A stretch of 55,735 bases of DNA from IMG/VR virus record IMGVR_UViG_3300045837_000211, positions 1 through 55,735 of that record. One strand, written 5' to 3'. Made by a program: the position numbers and the translations under genes. Numbering within the stretch: position 1 is the first letter of the stretch; each line of letters starts with the position of its first letter. The notes beneath the pieces were generated by a model. That model worked only from the letters and a program-made list of their open reading frames with translations, had not been told where the DNA came from and made no database searches. Source of the DNA: a virus. Its lineage: Duplodnaviria > Caudoviricetes. This document shows positions 8,466 to 17,368 of the stretch, in pieces.

Positions 8466-8774
8466 ATGAACCAGCCATCTCACGGGAGCCTCGCGATGAC
8501 GTTCGTCGCCTACGCGTTGACCTATGTATTTGCGTGGGCCGCCGCGCTCGCCACCGACCTCCTCGTCCACGTCCGCGCGGCGCTGGCGTTCGTCGCCCCG
8601 GCTGACGTGGCCGAATTCGTCTCGCGCCCTTACGTCTTCTCAGGCCTCTGCCTCATCGCCGCCGCGGTGATCGCCAACGGCACGAAGGTCTTCATCTGGT
8701 GGAAGGACAACAAGCTCAAGCGCCAGCTCGACGATCTACTTAAAGAGAGGAAGCAGGTCGAAAACAAGGGATGA
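8466..8774 (+). CDS. Holin/antiholin-like membrane protein
   Basis: Two to three TM segments and a basic C-terminal tail. Confidence 0.5.
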   Translation: MNQPSHGSLAMTFVAYALTYVFAWAAALATDLLVHVRAALAFVAPADVAEFVSRPYVFSGLCLIAAAVIANGTKVFIWWKDNKLKRQLDDLLKERKQVENKG

Positions 8775-9037
8775 TACCAATCGCCTACCAGCCGCCGCCG
8801 CAAGCCCCCACACACACAATCGTGGTGCAGCAGCCCGCGCCGGTCGCGCAGATGCTCTCGCCGCGCCGCGGCTACAAGCCTCCGGAGTTCGTCAACCGCA
8901 AGCACCGCAGAGCCTACCAGGCCGCTTGCTTGCGCCGCATCCGCCACACGCTCTTCACCAAGCTTCAGAAGCGCGCCGCAACGGAACTCACCGGCGTGCG
9001 CAACGTCCGCGCGGAGCTGGGCTACCTCTTCCGTTAA
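8771..9037 (+). CDS. Hypothetical basic protein
   Basis: Start and stop overlap both neighbours. Confidence 0.5.
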   Translation: MIPIAYQPPPQAPTHTIVVQQPAPVAQMLSPRRGYKPPEFVNRKHRRAYQAACLRRIRHTLFTKLQKRAATELTGVRNVRAELGYLFR

Positions 9038-9408
9038 TGCAGCAGGCCGCGGAAATAGACATCGAGATTTACCAGGGCGCGGCCTTCGAGTGGCCGCTCA
9101 TCTGGCAAGCCGGGACGCCGCTCGCGCCGGTGGACCTCACGGGCTACACGGCATACCTCACCGTCTTCCGAAAGGGCCAGTCGGACCCGGCCGTCATCGT
9201 CTCCTCGCAGTCGCCGACCGCCGCGGGGAGCGTCATCACCGTCGCACCGACCGAAGGGCGCATTGACGTCCTGGTCGTCGAAGAGGAGACCGCGCCGCTC
9301 ACGTGGCGAGAAGGCTCTTACGTTTTGGAAGTGACGCCGCGAGGCGGCCACGTGCGCCGGCTCGCCCAAGGGCAGGTCCGCGTCGTGCCGCGGAGGGAGA
9401 CGTTTTGA
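9037..9408 (+). CDS. BppU-N-like virion adaptor protein
   Basis: IYQGAAFEW...PVDLTGYTA...Y.LEV......RL..G pattern common in fibre-attachment proteins. Confidence 0.6.
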   Translation: MQQAAEIDIEIYQGAAFEWPLIWQAGTPLAPVDLTGYTAYLTVFRKGQSDPAVIVSSQSPTAAGSVITVAPTEGRIDVLVVEEETAPLTWREGSYVLEVTPRGGHVRRLAQGQVRVVPRRETF

Positions 9409-9920
9409 GCGACAACACGCTCGTCGTGAAAGAGACGGTCGTCGAGACGCTCACCGATCTCTCGACCCAGACCGTCCACACTGTAGAAACGCGCGTCGAG
9501 GCCCTCACGGCCGTTGAGCAGGGGCCGGCGGGCGCGCAGGGGCAGAAGGGGGACACGGGTCAGGGCTTCACGGTGCGCGGCGTCTGGGACGCGGGCGTCC
9601 TCTACTCGCCCTACGACGTGGTCGCCTACCAGGGCGCTTCCTACGTGGCGCTCGCCCCGAGCCTCGGCGCGCAGCCCGGCTCGAACAACTCCGCCTGGCA
9701 GTTGATGGCGCGCAGCGGCGACGGCGACAAGAGCTACACGCACCAGCAGCTCTCGGCCTCCTCCGCCTGGACCGTCACACACAACCTCGGAAAGTACCCG
9801 GCGGTCGAAGTCATCGATTCGGGCGACAACGTCGTCGAGGGCGACGTGACCTACCTGGACCTGAACACGCTCACGATAACTTTCAGCGCGCCGTTCGGCG
9901 GCGTCGCCTCCTGCAACTAG
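9405..9920 (+). CDS. Fibre protein with short collagen repeat and carbohydrate-binding-like module
   Basis: GPAGAQGQKGDTG; WDAGVLYSPYDVVAYQGASYVA; WTVTHNLGKYP; TTG start with GGAGG SD. Confidence 0.65.
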   Translation: MSDNTLVVKETVVETLTDLSTQTVHTVETRVEALTAVEQGPAGAQGQKGDTGQGFTVRGVWDAGVLYSPYDVVAYQGASYVALAPSLGAQPGSNNSAWQLMARSGDGDKSYTHQQLSASSAWTVTHNLGKYPAVEVIDSGDNVVEGDVTYLDLNTLTITFSAPFGGVASCN

Positions 9921-9935
9921 GGAAGAAGAAGAAGA

Positions 9936-11078
9936 ATGGCGAAACGACTAGCCCCTCTCGACATGGTGAAGAACGAGATTAGAAATATCGTTCTTCACCT
10001 TCTCGCGCTCGCGCCCTCCTCGCCCACCGAAGGCCAGCTCTACCACGACACGTCGGTCCACCACCCGTATTTCTACAACGGAAGCGCGTGGCACGACCTG
10101 ACGGACGCGATCACGCTGGGCGGCCAGTCGCTCACGCAGGTCCGGGATTTCAGCCAGACCACGGGCCAGCGGACGCACGCGGCCATCTCCGACTTCGACG
10201 CCCAGGTGCAGAGCAGCCGCCTCGACCAGATGTCAGCGCCGGCGGCGGACGTGAGCCTGAACTCGCACAAGCTCACGAACGTCACCGACCCGACCAACCC
10301 GCAGGACGCCGCGACGAAGGCCTACGTCGACGCGACCGCTCAAGGCCTGGACGTGAAGGCGAGCGTGCGCGTCGCGACCGCCGGCGCTCTGCCGGCACAC
10401 ACGCGCAACGTGAACGTCCTCACCGCGAGCGCGAACGGCGCTCTGACGGTGGACGGCGTGGCTGTGGCGGTTAACGACCGCGTGCTCGTCAAAGACGAGT
10501 CTTCGGGCACGAGCCTGGAGAACGGCATTTACTATGTCACGCAGACGGGCGACGGGACTCACCCGTGGATCCTGACGCGCGCGACCGACGCCGACACTTC
10601 GGCGAAGGTCACCTCGGGACTCTTCACCTTCGTCGAGCAGGGCACGGTCAACCCCAGCTCAGGCTGGGTGCTCACCACGGCCAACCCGATCACGCTCAAC
10701 ACGACGGCGCTCACATTCGCGCAGTTCAGCGGCGCGGGACAGATCACCGCCGGCGCGGGCCTGACGAAGACGGGCAACCAGATTGACGTGGGCGCCGGCA
10801 CAGGCATCATCGTCAACCCCGACACCGTCCAGATCGACACGTCGGTCGTCTCGCGCAAATACTCCCAGCTCATCGGCGACGGCGCTTCCACCTCGATCAC
10901 CATCACCCACGGCACGCACGGCTGCGCCGCGTCGCGCACCAACCTCGTGCAGGTCTATGACGAGTCCACCGGCGACGAGGTCTGGCCGGACGTGAACCAG
11001 GCCGCGAACGGCGACGTGACCATCGGCTATTCTGCCGCGCCGGCGGCGAACGCCTACCGCGTCAACATCCAGGGTTAG
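9936..11078 (+). CDS. Head decoration / fibre structural protein
   Basis: DPTNPQDAATKAYVD, VKASVRVAT, DRVLVKD...ENGIY motifs; Thr/Gly-rich beta composition. Confidence 0.7.
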   Translation: MAKRLAPLDMVKNEIRNIVLHLLALAPSSPTEGQLYHDTSVHHPYFYNGSAWHDLTDAITLGGQSLTQVRDFSQTTGQRTHAAISDFDAQVQSSRLDQMSAPAADVSLNSHKLTNVTDPTNPQDAATKAYVDATAQGLDVKASVRVATAGALPAHTRNVNVLTASANGALTVDGVAVAVNDRVLVKDESSGTSLENGIYYVTQTGDGTHPWILTRATDADTSAKVTSGLFTFVEQGTVNPSSGWVLTTANPITLNTTALTFAQFSGAGQITAGAGLTKTGNQIDVGAGTGIIVNPDTVQIDTSVVSRKYSQLIGDGASTSITITHGTHGCAASRTNLVQVYDESTGDEVWPDVNQAANGDVTIGYSAAPAANAYRVNIQG

Positions 11079-11092
11079 TAGGGGGTGGCCGG

Positions 11093-11311
11093 GTGGCGAG
11101 AAGGCTGCTGACAAATCTCGATCTGGTGAAGAACCAGATCAAGAACATGGAGTTCGACCTCGTCGCCGCCGACCCGGCCTCGCCCGGCCAGGGGCAGGTC
11201 TGGTTCAACACGACGACGCAGCGCCTCAAGTTTTACGACGGCGCGAAAGTGGTTGACGTGACGCTCGCGCTCACTTCAAACCCGCTCTTCCTTTACCAGA
11301 ATTTTTCGTAG
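11093..11311 (+). CDS. Small virion protein paralogous to the N-terminus of 9936..11078
   Basis: LDLVKNQIKN...P.SP..GQVWF vs LDMVKNEIRN...PSSPTEGQLY. Confidence 0.6.
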   Translation: MARRLLTNLDLVKNQIKNMEFDLVAADPASPGQGQVWFNTTTQRLKFYDGAKVVDVTLALTSNPLFLYQNFS

Positions 11312-11318
11312 CTGAAAG

Positions 11319-11720
11319 ATGGCGGCAAACACTTCCCCGCTCTTCACCGCGACGCCGAACAACAAGTCGGTGGCCGTACCCGCGACGGCGGAGACCAGCC
11401 TAACCGCGCCCGTCAACGTCGTGAAGGCGCTCACGGGCGGCGCGAACGGCACGCGCGTCGAAGGGCTGGCGTTCAAGGCGCGCGGCTCGACGACCGCCGG
11501 GATGCTGCGCATCTACCACCGCATCGCCGACGCGGGCACCTACCTGCTCATCGGCGAAGTGCCGGTCTCTGCCGTCACGCCCTCGGCCTCTGTGGCCGCG
11601 TGGGCCGGCGCGTGGCGTCCGCAGGTCACCCCGTTCGTCCTGCCGGCGACGGACTGCCTCTACGTCGCGACCAACAACGCCGAGGCGTTCACGGCGACGC
11701 CGGTGGCCGGAGACTTTTAA
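11319..11720 (+). CDS. Putative virion structural protein
   Basis: Beta-rich 133 aa ORF in the fibre cluster. Confidence 0.55.
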   Translation: MAANTSPLFTATPNNKSVAVPATAETSLTAPVNVVKALTGGANGTRVEGLAFKARGSTTAGMLRIYHRIADAGTYLLIGEVPVSAVTPSASVAAWAGAWRPQVTPFVLPATDCLYVATNNAEAFTATPVAGDF

Positions 11721-11723
11721 GCC

Positions 11724-12122
11724 ATGCACCCAGGCGGCTACGGGTTCCCCCAGCGGGACGCTCTCCCGACCGCGGGCGACATCTACTCGACGGCCGTCAC
11801 GCCGGGCGACGTCGGCACCTTCGGTGCCTGGTCGCAGCTCGTCGACCCGACCACGCACGCCGGCGTCTGGGTGATCTTTTCGGCTGAGTCCGACGGCGGC
11901 GGCTCCGACCGGGTCTTTGTGGAGCTGGGCGTAGGCCCGTCCGGCAGTGAGGTGCCTGTGGCGCGCGTCATCGTCGGCAACACGGCCGCGACGGCGGCGG
12001 GCGGGGCGAGCACTGTCGCCTTCCCTTTCTTCATCCCCGCCGGCTCGCGCCTGGTCGCACGCGCCGCCGCCTCCGGCGACGAATTACCCGGCGTCCAAGT
12101 CTGCGCGTCTTTGCTATATTGA
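11724..12122 (+). CDS. Putative virion structural protein
   Basis: Beta-rich ORF in the fibre cluster. Confidence 0.55.
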   Translation: MHPGGYGFPQRDALPTAGDIYSTAVTPGDVGTFGAWSQLVDPTTHAGVWVIFSAESDGGGSDRVFVELGVGPSGSEVPVARVIVGNTAATAAGGASTVAFPFFIPAGSRLVARAAASGDELPGVQVCASLLY

Positions 12123-12134
12123 GGCCGACCGACG

Positions 12135-12791
12135 ATGAGAACGATTCGCTCACTACTCCTGGCGACCCTCCTGCTGGCTCTATGCGCCGCTTCGGCGCGC
12201 GCCGGCGACTTAGGGATTTACTCTTTCACGGGGCCGGCGACCGATTCGGTTAACACGAGCTTCTCTTACAACCTTCAGGTCATGAATTTCGGGGGGGAGA
12301 CGGCGACGGCCAACGCCAAGTTGACAGTCCGCCTCGACCCGAATGTGACCTTCTCCTCGACCGTGAACACGCAGAGCGGATGGACGTGTACGACGCCGAC
12401 ACCCGGGCAGAGTGGCACGATCACCTGCACGAACTCATCGTTCGCGAGGACCAGATTCTGGGCGGCTTCCGAGACGGTCGTCCTCAACGAAGTCCGCTTC
12501 CCCACAACGCCCAACGGCCACCTCTACAAGTGCACGACCGCCGGCACGACCGGCTCGACTGAACCAACCTGGCCTACGGGGCCGGGCGCGACCGTGACCG
12601 ACGGCGGTGTCGTCTGGACTGAAGTAGGCGCGGACAACTTCTGGTTCACGGCGCAGGTCTCGCCGGCAGCGACGCTGTGGAGCTGGCTCAACAGCTACGC
12701 CACGATCAGCCTGACGCCGACCACAACCTCCCTGCCTGACCCGAACCCCGAGAACGACCGCATGACTGTCTCGACGAGAGTCAACGGTTAA
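12135..12791 (+). CDS. Secreted DUF11-like Ig-fold protein with inserted fibre-type module
   Basis: Signal peptide; DL....Y.L.V.N.G...A; GWTCTTP..G..GTITCT; DPNPEND; insert LYKCTTAGTTGSTEPTWPT..G.TVTDGGVVW. Confidence 0.65.
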   Translation: MRTIRSLLLATLLLALCAASARAGDLGIYSFTGPATDSVNTSFSYNLQVMNFGGETATANAKLTVRLDPNVTFSSTVNTQSGWTCTTPTPGQSGTITCTNSSFARTRFWAASETVVLNEVRFPTTPNGHLYKCTTAGTTGSTEPTWPTGPGATVTDGGVVWTEVGADNFWFTAQVSPAATLWSWLNSYATISLTPTTTSLPDPNPENDRMTVSTRVNG

Positions 12792-12846
12792 CCCTTAAAG
12801 CAGCCCTCCGCGCCTCTTTTCTTTCTCCTCGCGTTCCCGCTCCAAC

Positions 12847-13083
12847 ATGACCTCATACCGCGTCGAGACTTTCTGCCGGCACACCGGCGCATACCAGCAC
12901 ACGAAGGTCGTGAACTCCAAGCGGGAGATGATCGATCACTGCACGGCTCAATGGCGGCGCGAGAGCGTACACGTCGTTTACGCGCTCTCGCCTCACATCA
13001 TCACGCCTTCGATGGGCGGCAACTTCGTTGGCGTCTTCGTCGGCGGGCGCTGCGTCTCACCGCTCTTAAACGACCTACACTGA
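12847..13083 (+). CDS. Hypothetical protein
   Basis: ORF in line with the operon. Confidence 0.45.
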   Translation: MTSYRVETFCRHTGAYQHTKVVNSKREMIDHCTAQWRRESVHVVYALSPHIITPSMGGNFVGVFVGGRCVSPLLNDLH

Positions 13084-13085
13084 GG

Positions 13086-13409
13086 ATGAAGCCTCCCGCC
13101 CGCAACATTCTCTTCTGGTTAGCGATCTTTTCACTGGTCGGGGTGACGGCCGTCTCCTGCGGCCTGTGCCGTGACGTGCGCCGGCACTGGCCCCTGATCC
13201 TTCTCATCTCGCTCGCGCAGGCGGCCGTCTTCATCTTCATCAGGCTGAAGGGCATGAGCCTGGCCTGGACGACCGCCGCCTATGACGCGGCCATCATCGC
13301 CGGCTGGTACGGCGCCCTCTTCTACCTCGGCGAGGGCGGTGGGCGGGCTGCGAAGTTCGGCCTCCTGCTGGTGGCCGCGGGCCTCTTTGTCCTCTCGGTC
13401 TGCGATTGA
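13086..13409 (+). CDS. Small multi-pass membrane protein
   Basis: Four hydrophobic segments, SMR/DMT-like size. Confidence 0.55.
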   Translation: MKPPARNILFWLAIFSLVGVTAVSCGLCRDVRRHWPLILLISLAQAAVFIFIRLKGMSLAWTTAAYDAAIIAGWYGALFYLGEGGGRAAKFGLLLVAAGLFVLSVCD

Positions 13410-13421
13410 CCCACCCGGCCC

Positions 13422-14063
13422 ATGAACCTCGAAGAGTTGAAAGTGCGCGGTTACGTGAGGCCGGTGCCCGGGCCTCACCTTCACGAGATGGGGTTCGAGG
13501 TCGAGCCGGCGATGGAGCTGGCCCAGTGGGTGAAGGGCGTCTTCATCGACGAAGGCGGCCCGCTCTCGAACCCGCGGCACGAGCACCTGCGCGGCGCCGA
13601 CATCGCGTGCCTCTGGACGAACGTCGAGTACGTCGACGGCTTCATGCCGGTGGCGGCGACCGCCGAACTCGTGCGCGTCTCCGGCAAGCCCTGGCAGAGG
13701 ATGATGACGGTAGATCACCTCTGCATGTTGTTCGGGAGGATCCCGACCCACATCCTCAAGTTCTACGCCCCGGCGGCGGTCGCGGCTTCTGACTTCACCT
13801 TCTGCCGGAGGGTCAACCACGAACTCCTGCACTGCGCGCAGAAGCTGGACAAGGAAGGGCTGCCGGCGTTCGACAACGAGGGCAAGCCCATCTGGGCGAT
13901 GCGGAGGCACGACGTGGAGGTGTTCATCGAGGACGTTGAGTTGTTCGGGCTCGACGCCTGCAACGGGAACGTCCGTAAGCTGGTCGCCGCCGCCGGGCGC
14001 GCGCCGCTCGTCTCCGGCGCTCAGGTCGCCACGGCCTGCGGCACCTGCGGCGTGATGATTTGA
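13422..14063 (+). CDS. Phage putative metallopeptidase
   Basis: HELLH zincin motif and HDVEVF; NPRHEHL..ADI..LW. Confidence 0.75.
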   Translation: MNLEELKVRGYVRPVPGPHLHEMGFEVEPAMELAQWVKGVFIDEGGPLSNPRHEHLRGADIACLWTNVEYVDGFMPVAATAELVRVSGKPWQRMMTVDHLCMLFGRIPTHILKFYAPAAVAASDFTFCRRVNHELLHCAQKLDKEGLPAFDNEGKPIWAMRRHDVEVFIEDVELFGLDACNGNVRKLVAAAGRAPLVSGAQVATACGTCGVMI

Positions 14064-14070
14064 AGAAGTC

Positions 14071-14439
14071 ATGAGTTGGAAGATCACCTATCACGATGAG
14101 GTTCCCGAACACCCGCGCGTCGGCGACTGCTGGCCCGCCCCGTGGATGCTCGCGGGCGAGGACTTTGAAGATTACTTTTTGCGCTACCTCTCTCCGAACT
14201 ACAAGCGCGACCACCTGGGCAAGCGCCCGCCGCTCGTCGTGAAGCTCCCGGACGGCTCTGAGTTCTGCGTGGACTCGATGGCTTTCAAAGACGGCGTGCC
14301 TTACGGCGACGGATGGAAAGTGACGGGCGCGCCCCCGCTCATCACCGTCAGTCCTTCGATCAACATCCCCGGCTACTACCACGGCTGGATTACGAACGGC
14401 GTGATCAGTGACGACTGCGAGAGGAGACGATTCGCATGA
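14071..14439 (+). CDS. Hypothetical protein (DUF6527-like)
   Basis: W...G....ITVSPSIN....YHGWITNG. Confidence 0.55.
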   Translation: MSWKITYHDEVPEHPRVGDCWPAPWMLAGEDFEDYFLRYLSPNYKRDHLGKRPPLVVKLPDGSEFCVDSMAFKDGVPYGDGWKVTGAPPLITVSPSINIPGYYHGWITNGVISDDCERRRFA

Positions 14440-14645
14440 CCTTCAAAGAGTATTGGGAGGCGCACGTCAGGAAGAACCCGCGCTTCGCCGACGAGGAGGC
14501 GAAGATCGAGATCAAGGTCGGGATGCTCAAGCGCCTGCTCGAAGAGGCTCACGGCAAAGGCGTCGAACAGGCGATCAAGACACGACGCTCGGTTGATGAG
14601 CTTTTAAGGAAGGCCGGCGTCGGCACTGGCCCTTTCAACCTATGA
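14436..14645 (+). CDS. Hypothetical protein
   Basis: ATGA coupling. Confidence 0.5.
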   Translation: MTFKEYWEAHVRKNPRFADEEAKIEIKVGMLKRLLEEAHGKGVEQAIKTRRSVDELLRKAGVGTGPFNL

Positions 14646-14836
14646 AGTCCGTTACCAGTTGCGACGAGTGCTCGCGCGAGCGCGCGACGCTCTACGAAAA
14701 GCAGGGCCGGCTCATCTGCCTCCTGTGCCTGCCAGTCACCGACATCTACGGGCGGGGCGCTTTGCGTTCGATCAGGGCGTCTGTGACCGGCTCGGTCAAC
14801 ATCGAGCGACGCCGGCGCAGGCTGAAGGGAAATTGA
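14642..14836 (+). CDS. Small CxxC..CxxC protein
   Basis: CDEC...CLLC; ATGA coupling. Confidence 0.45.
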   Translation: MKSVTSCDECSRERATLYEKQGRLICLLCLPVTDIYGRGALRSIRASVTGSVNIERRRRRLKGN

Positions 14837-15219
14837 TAGTCGCCGACGACGAGAGACTGCGGCGCGTCATCGGGCGCGCGCTCACGGCCTGCTCTGGCCG
14901 ACCGCGTTGGCTTGCGGCGATAGCAAAAGCAGTCAGGCAGCTCGAATCGAATCCTTACCTATCCTGGGACGGAAGGGAGCTGTTGATCCTCAGCGAGTCC
15001 AACGAGATTTATGTGGCTTCGCGCGCGTGCCAATGCAAAGCCTACCGGCAAGGTAAGAAGCCGTGCTGGCACCGCGCAGCGGCTCGACTCCTCCAGCGCT
15101 ACTTCGAGCACGACCGCCTTGAGACTTCATGCCAGACGGACGACGCAATAACGGCGGCGCGCGCCCCGGCGCGGGGCGGAAGTCTAAAGCCCGCGAGGCC
15201 GAACTCGAACGGCTGCTGA
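14833..15219 (+). CDS. SWIM zinc-finger protein
   Basis: CQCKAY....PCWHRAA; TTG start overlapping the upstream stop. Confidence 0.65.
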   Translation: MIVADDERLRRVIGRALTACSGRPRWLAAIAKAVRQLESNPYLSWDGRELLILSESNEIYVASRACQCKAYRQGKKPCWHRAAARLLQRYFEHDRLETSCQTDDAITAARAPARGGSLKPARPNSNGC

Positions 15220-15485
15220 AGAAGTGCTGGACGAAAGAGCAGCGGGAGGAGGCATTCACCAAACTCGCGCAGCGCGCTGCACTGGGGAGCATGGAGGCGG
15301 TGAAGTTTCTCGCGTTCTTTGCGTTCGGTAAGCCGGTGCAGCGGGTCCTTATCGAGGAGGACAGGCCCGACAAGGGCAAGGTCGATCTTTCACAACTGAG
15401 CAAAGAGGAGTTGGAGACGCTTGAGCGCGCGGCTGAAATCGTTGCCAGGGCTCGACGAGGTGCGCGCGGAAAAGGCTCGGCGTAG
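15129..15485 (+). CDS. terS: Terminase small subunit
   Basis: GGARPGAGRK, GKPVQ, DLSQLSKEEL; immediately upstream of terL. Confidence 0.75.
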   Translation: MPDGRRNNGGARPGAGRKSKAREAELERLLKKCWTKEQREEAFTKLAQRAALGSMEAVKFLAFFAFGKPVQRVLIEEDRPDKGKVDLSQLSKEELETLERAAEIVARARRGARGKGSA

Positions 15486-17109
15486 CCTCTCCGCCTTCAT
15501 CCGCTACTCGTGGCACGTCCTCGAGCCTTCGACGCCGCTCGTCTGGAACTGGCACATGGACGCAATCGCCGTCCACGTGCAGGCCGCCCTCGAAGATTGG
15601 ATGGCCGTGCAGCGCTGGCTGCTCGGAGAGCAGGAGCGCGCGGAACTGCGGCCCGACGACGAGCCGGAGCCTCAACCCGTCCAGCGCCTCCGCAACGTCC
15701 TCTTCAACGTCCCGCCCGGCTCCGCCAAGTCGCGCATCATTAGTGTCTGCACGCCGGCGTGGATGTGGCTGAAGTGGCCGTCGTGGCGCGCCATCTTTCT
15801 TTCGGCGAACCCGCGCGTGGCGCTCCGCGACAGCGGCTTCTGCCGCGACCTGATTACGTCGGAGTGGTATCAGGAGAGTTTCCGCCCCGGCTGGCAGATC
15901 CGCGACGACCAGAACGCCGTCGGCCTCTACCGCAACACGGCGGGCGGCTTCCGCCAGGCCCTGGGCTTCCTCGCCAAGATCACGGGCGACCGCGGTGACG
16001 CTCTCTTCGTCGACGACCCGAACGACCCCAAGGAGGCGCACTCCGAGATCATCCGTTCGGGAGTGAACGAGCGCTGGGACTCGACGATCTACAACCGCGT
16101 CAACGACCTGCGCTTCAGCCCCCGCTTCGGCATCCAGCAGCGCGTCCACGAGGACGATTTTTCGGGCCACTGGCGCAAGAAGGGCAACGTCGAGGTCGTC
16201 ATCATCCCGATGCGCTTCGAGCCGTCTCGGCTCGAAGCCGCCGTGGACGGCATCCCGCGCGCGACCTCAATCGGCTGGAGCGACCCGCGCACGGAAGAGG
16301 GCGAGTTGCTCGACCCGGTGCGCTTCCCCGAAGAGGTCGTCGAAGAGGAGAAGACCCGCCTCGGCACATTCGGCTACGCCGGCCAGCACCAGCAGAGGCC
16401 CGCGCCCGTCGGCGGCGGCATGCTCAAGGATCACTGGTGGCGCTTCTGGCACCCGAAGGGTCAGCCGCTGCCGCCGGTGGTCGTCAAGCTCGAAGACGGC
16501 ACGCTCTTTCACTGCCCCGTCACGGAATTGCCCGACGACCTGGAAGAACTTCTCCAGTCGTGGGACATGACCTTCAAGGACACGAAGTCCTCCGCCTTCG
16601 TCGCCGGCCAGGTCTGGGCGAAGAAGCTGGCCGACCGCTTTCTCCTCGACGAGGTACACGAGAAGCTCGACTTCCCGAAAACGCTCAAGGCCGTCCTCGA
16701 CCTGACGGACAAGTGGCCGAAGGCGCGCCTCAAGCTAATCGAGGAGAAGGCCAACGGCGCGGCCATCATCCAGACGTTGCGCGGCCACGTCTCCGGCCTC
16801 GTCGCCGTCGAGCCTTCGGGGTCGAAGGAGGCGCGCTGCTCGGCGGTCTCGCCCGAGATCGAGTCGGGCAACGTCTACCTCCCTCACCCGCTCGTCGCGC
16901 CGTGGGTGTACGGCTTCATCGGCGAGTGCGGCGTCTTCCCGAACGGCACTTACAAAGACCGGGTTGACGCGATGACGCAGGCGCTCATCCGCTGGGGCGG
17001 CCCGCAGGCGGTGCTGTCCGTGACTGACGCGTCTTCCGGGCAGCAGCCGACGGCCACGGGCCGCGATGCGATTCTGAAGGCGCTCCTGCGCAGGAAGAAA
17101 AATGGCTGA
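15421..17109 (+). CDS. terL: Terminase large subunit
   Basis: NVPPGSAKS Walker A, ITGDRGDALFVDDP, QQR.HEDD, SWD.TFK, IEEKANG, DRVDA. Confidence 0.95.
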   Translation: MSARLKSLPGLDEVRAEKARRSLSAFIRYSWHVLEPSTPLVWNWHMDAIAVHVQAALEDWMAVQRWLLGEQERAELRPDDEPEPQPVQRLRNVLFNVPPGSAKSRIISVCTPAWMWLKWPSWRAIFLSANPRVALRDSGFCRDLITSEWYQESFRPGWQIRDDQNAVGLYRNTAGGFRQALGFLAKITGDRGDALFVDDPNDPKEAHSEIIRSGVNERWDSTIYNRVNDLRFSPRFGIQQRVHEDDFSGHWRKKGNVEVVIIPMRFEPSRLEAAVDGIPRATSIGWSDPRTEEGELLDPVRFPEEVVEEEKTRLGTFGYAGQHQQRPAPVGGGMLKDHWWRFWHPKGQPLPPVVVKLEDGTLFHCPVTELPDDLEELLQSWDMTFKDTKSSAFVAGQVWAKKLADRFLLDEVHEKLDFPKTLKAVLDLTDKWPKARLKLIEEKANGAAIIQTLRGHVSGLVAVEPSGSKEARCSAVSPEIESGNVYLPHPLVAPWVYGFIGECGVFPNGTYKDRVDAMTQALIRWGGPQAVLSVTDASSGQQPTATGRDAILKALLRRKKNG

Positions 17110-17368
17110 CAACTCTTTCATCTTTTCAGACGGCACGGAAGCGGACGAGCCGGTGCGCGTCCGCTTCGGCGACGGCGAGCGCGCAGTGCCGGGCTGGATC
17201 GTCCACCACTACGGCGGGAAAAAGAAGCTGCTCGAAGACGCCGACGTGTTCGCCGAGGTGACTTACCGCGACTTCATTAGCAGCTTCGACGAGGCAGTCG
17301 CCCGCGAGCGCCTCAACCAGATCGGCTTTCAATTCGTCTCACGACACTTAGCACTGCGTAAAAGATGA
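17102..17368 (+). CDS. Hypothetical protein between terL and portal
   Basis: Overlaps both neighbours. Confidence 0.55.
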   Translation: MADNSFIFSDGTEADEPVRVRFGDGERAVPGWIVHHYGGKKKLLEDADVFAEVTYRDFISSFDEAVARERLNQIGFQFVSRHLALRKR

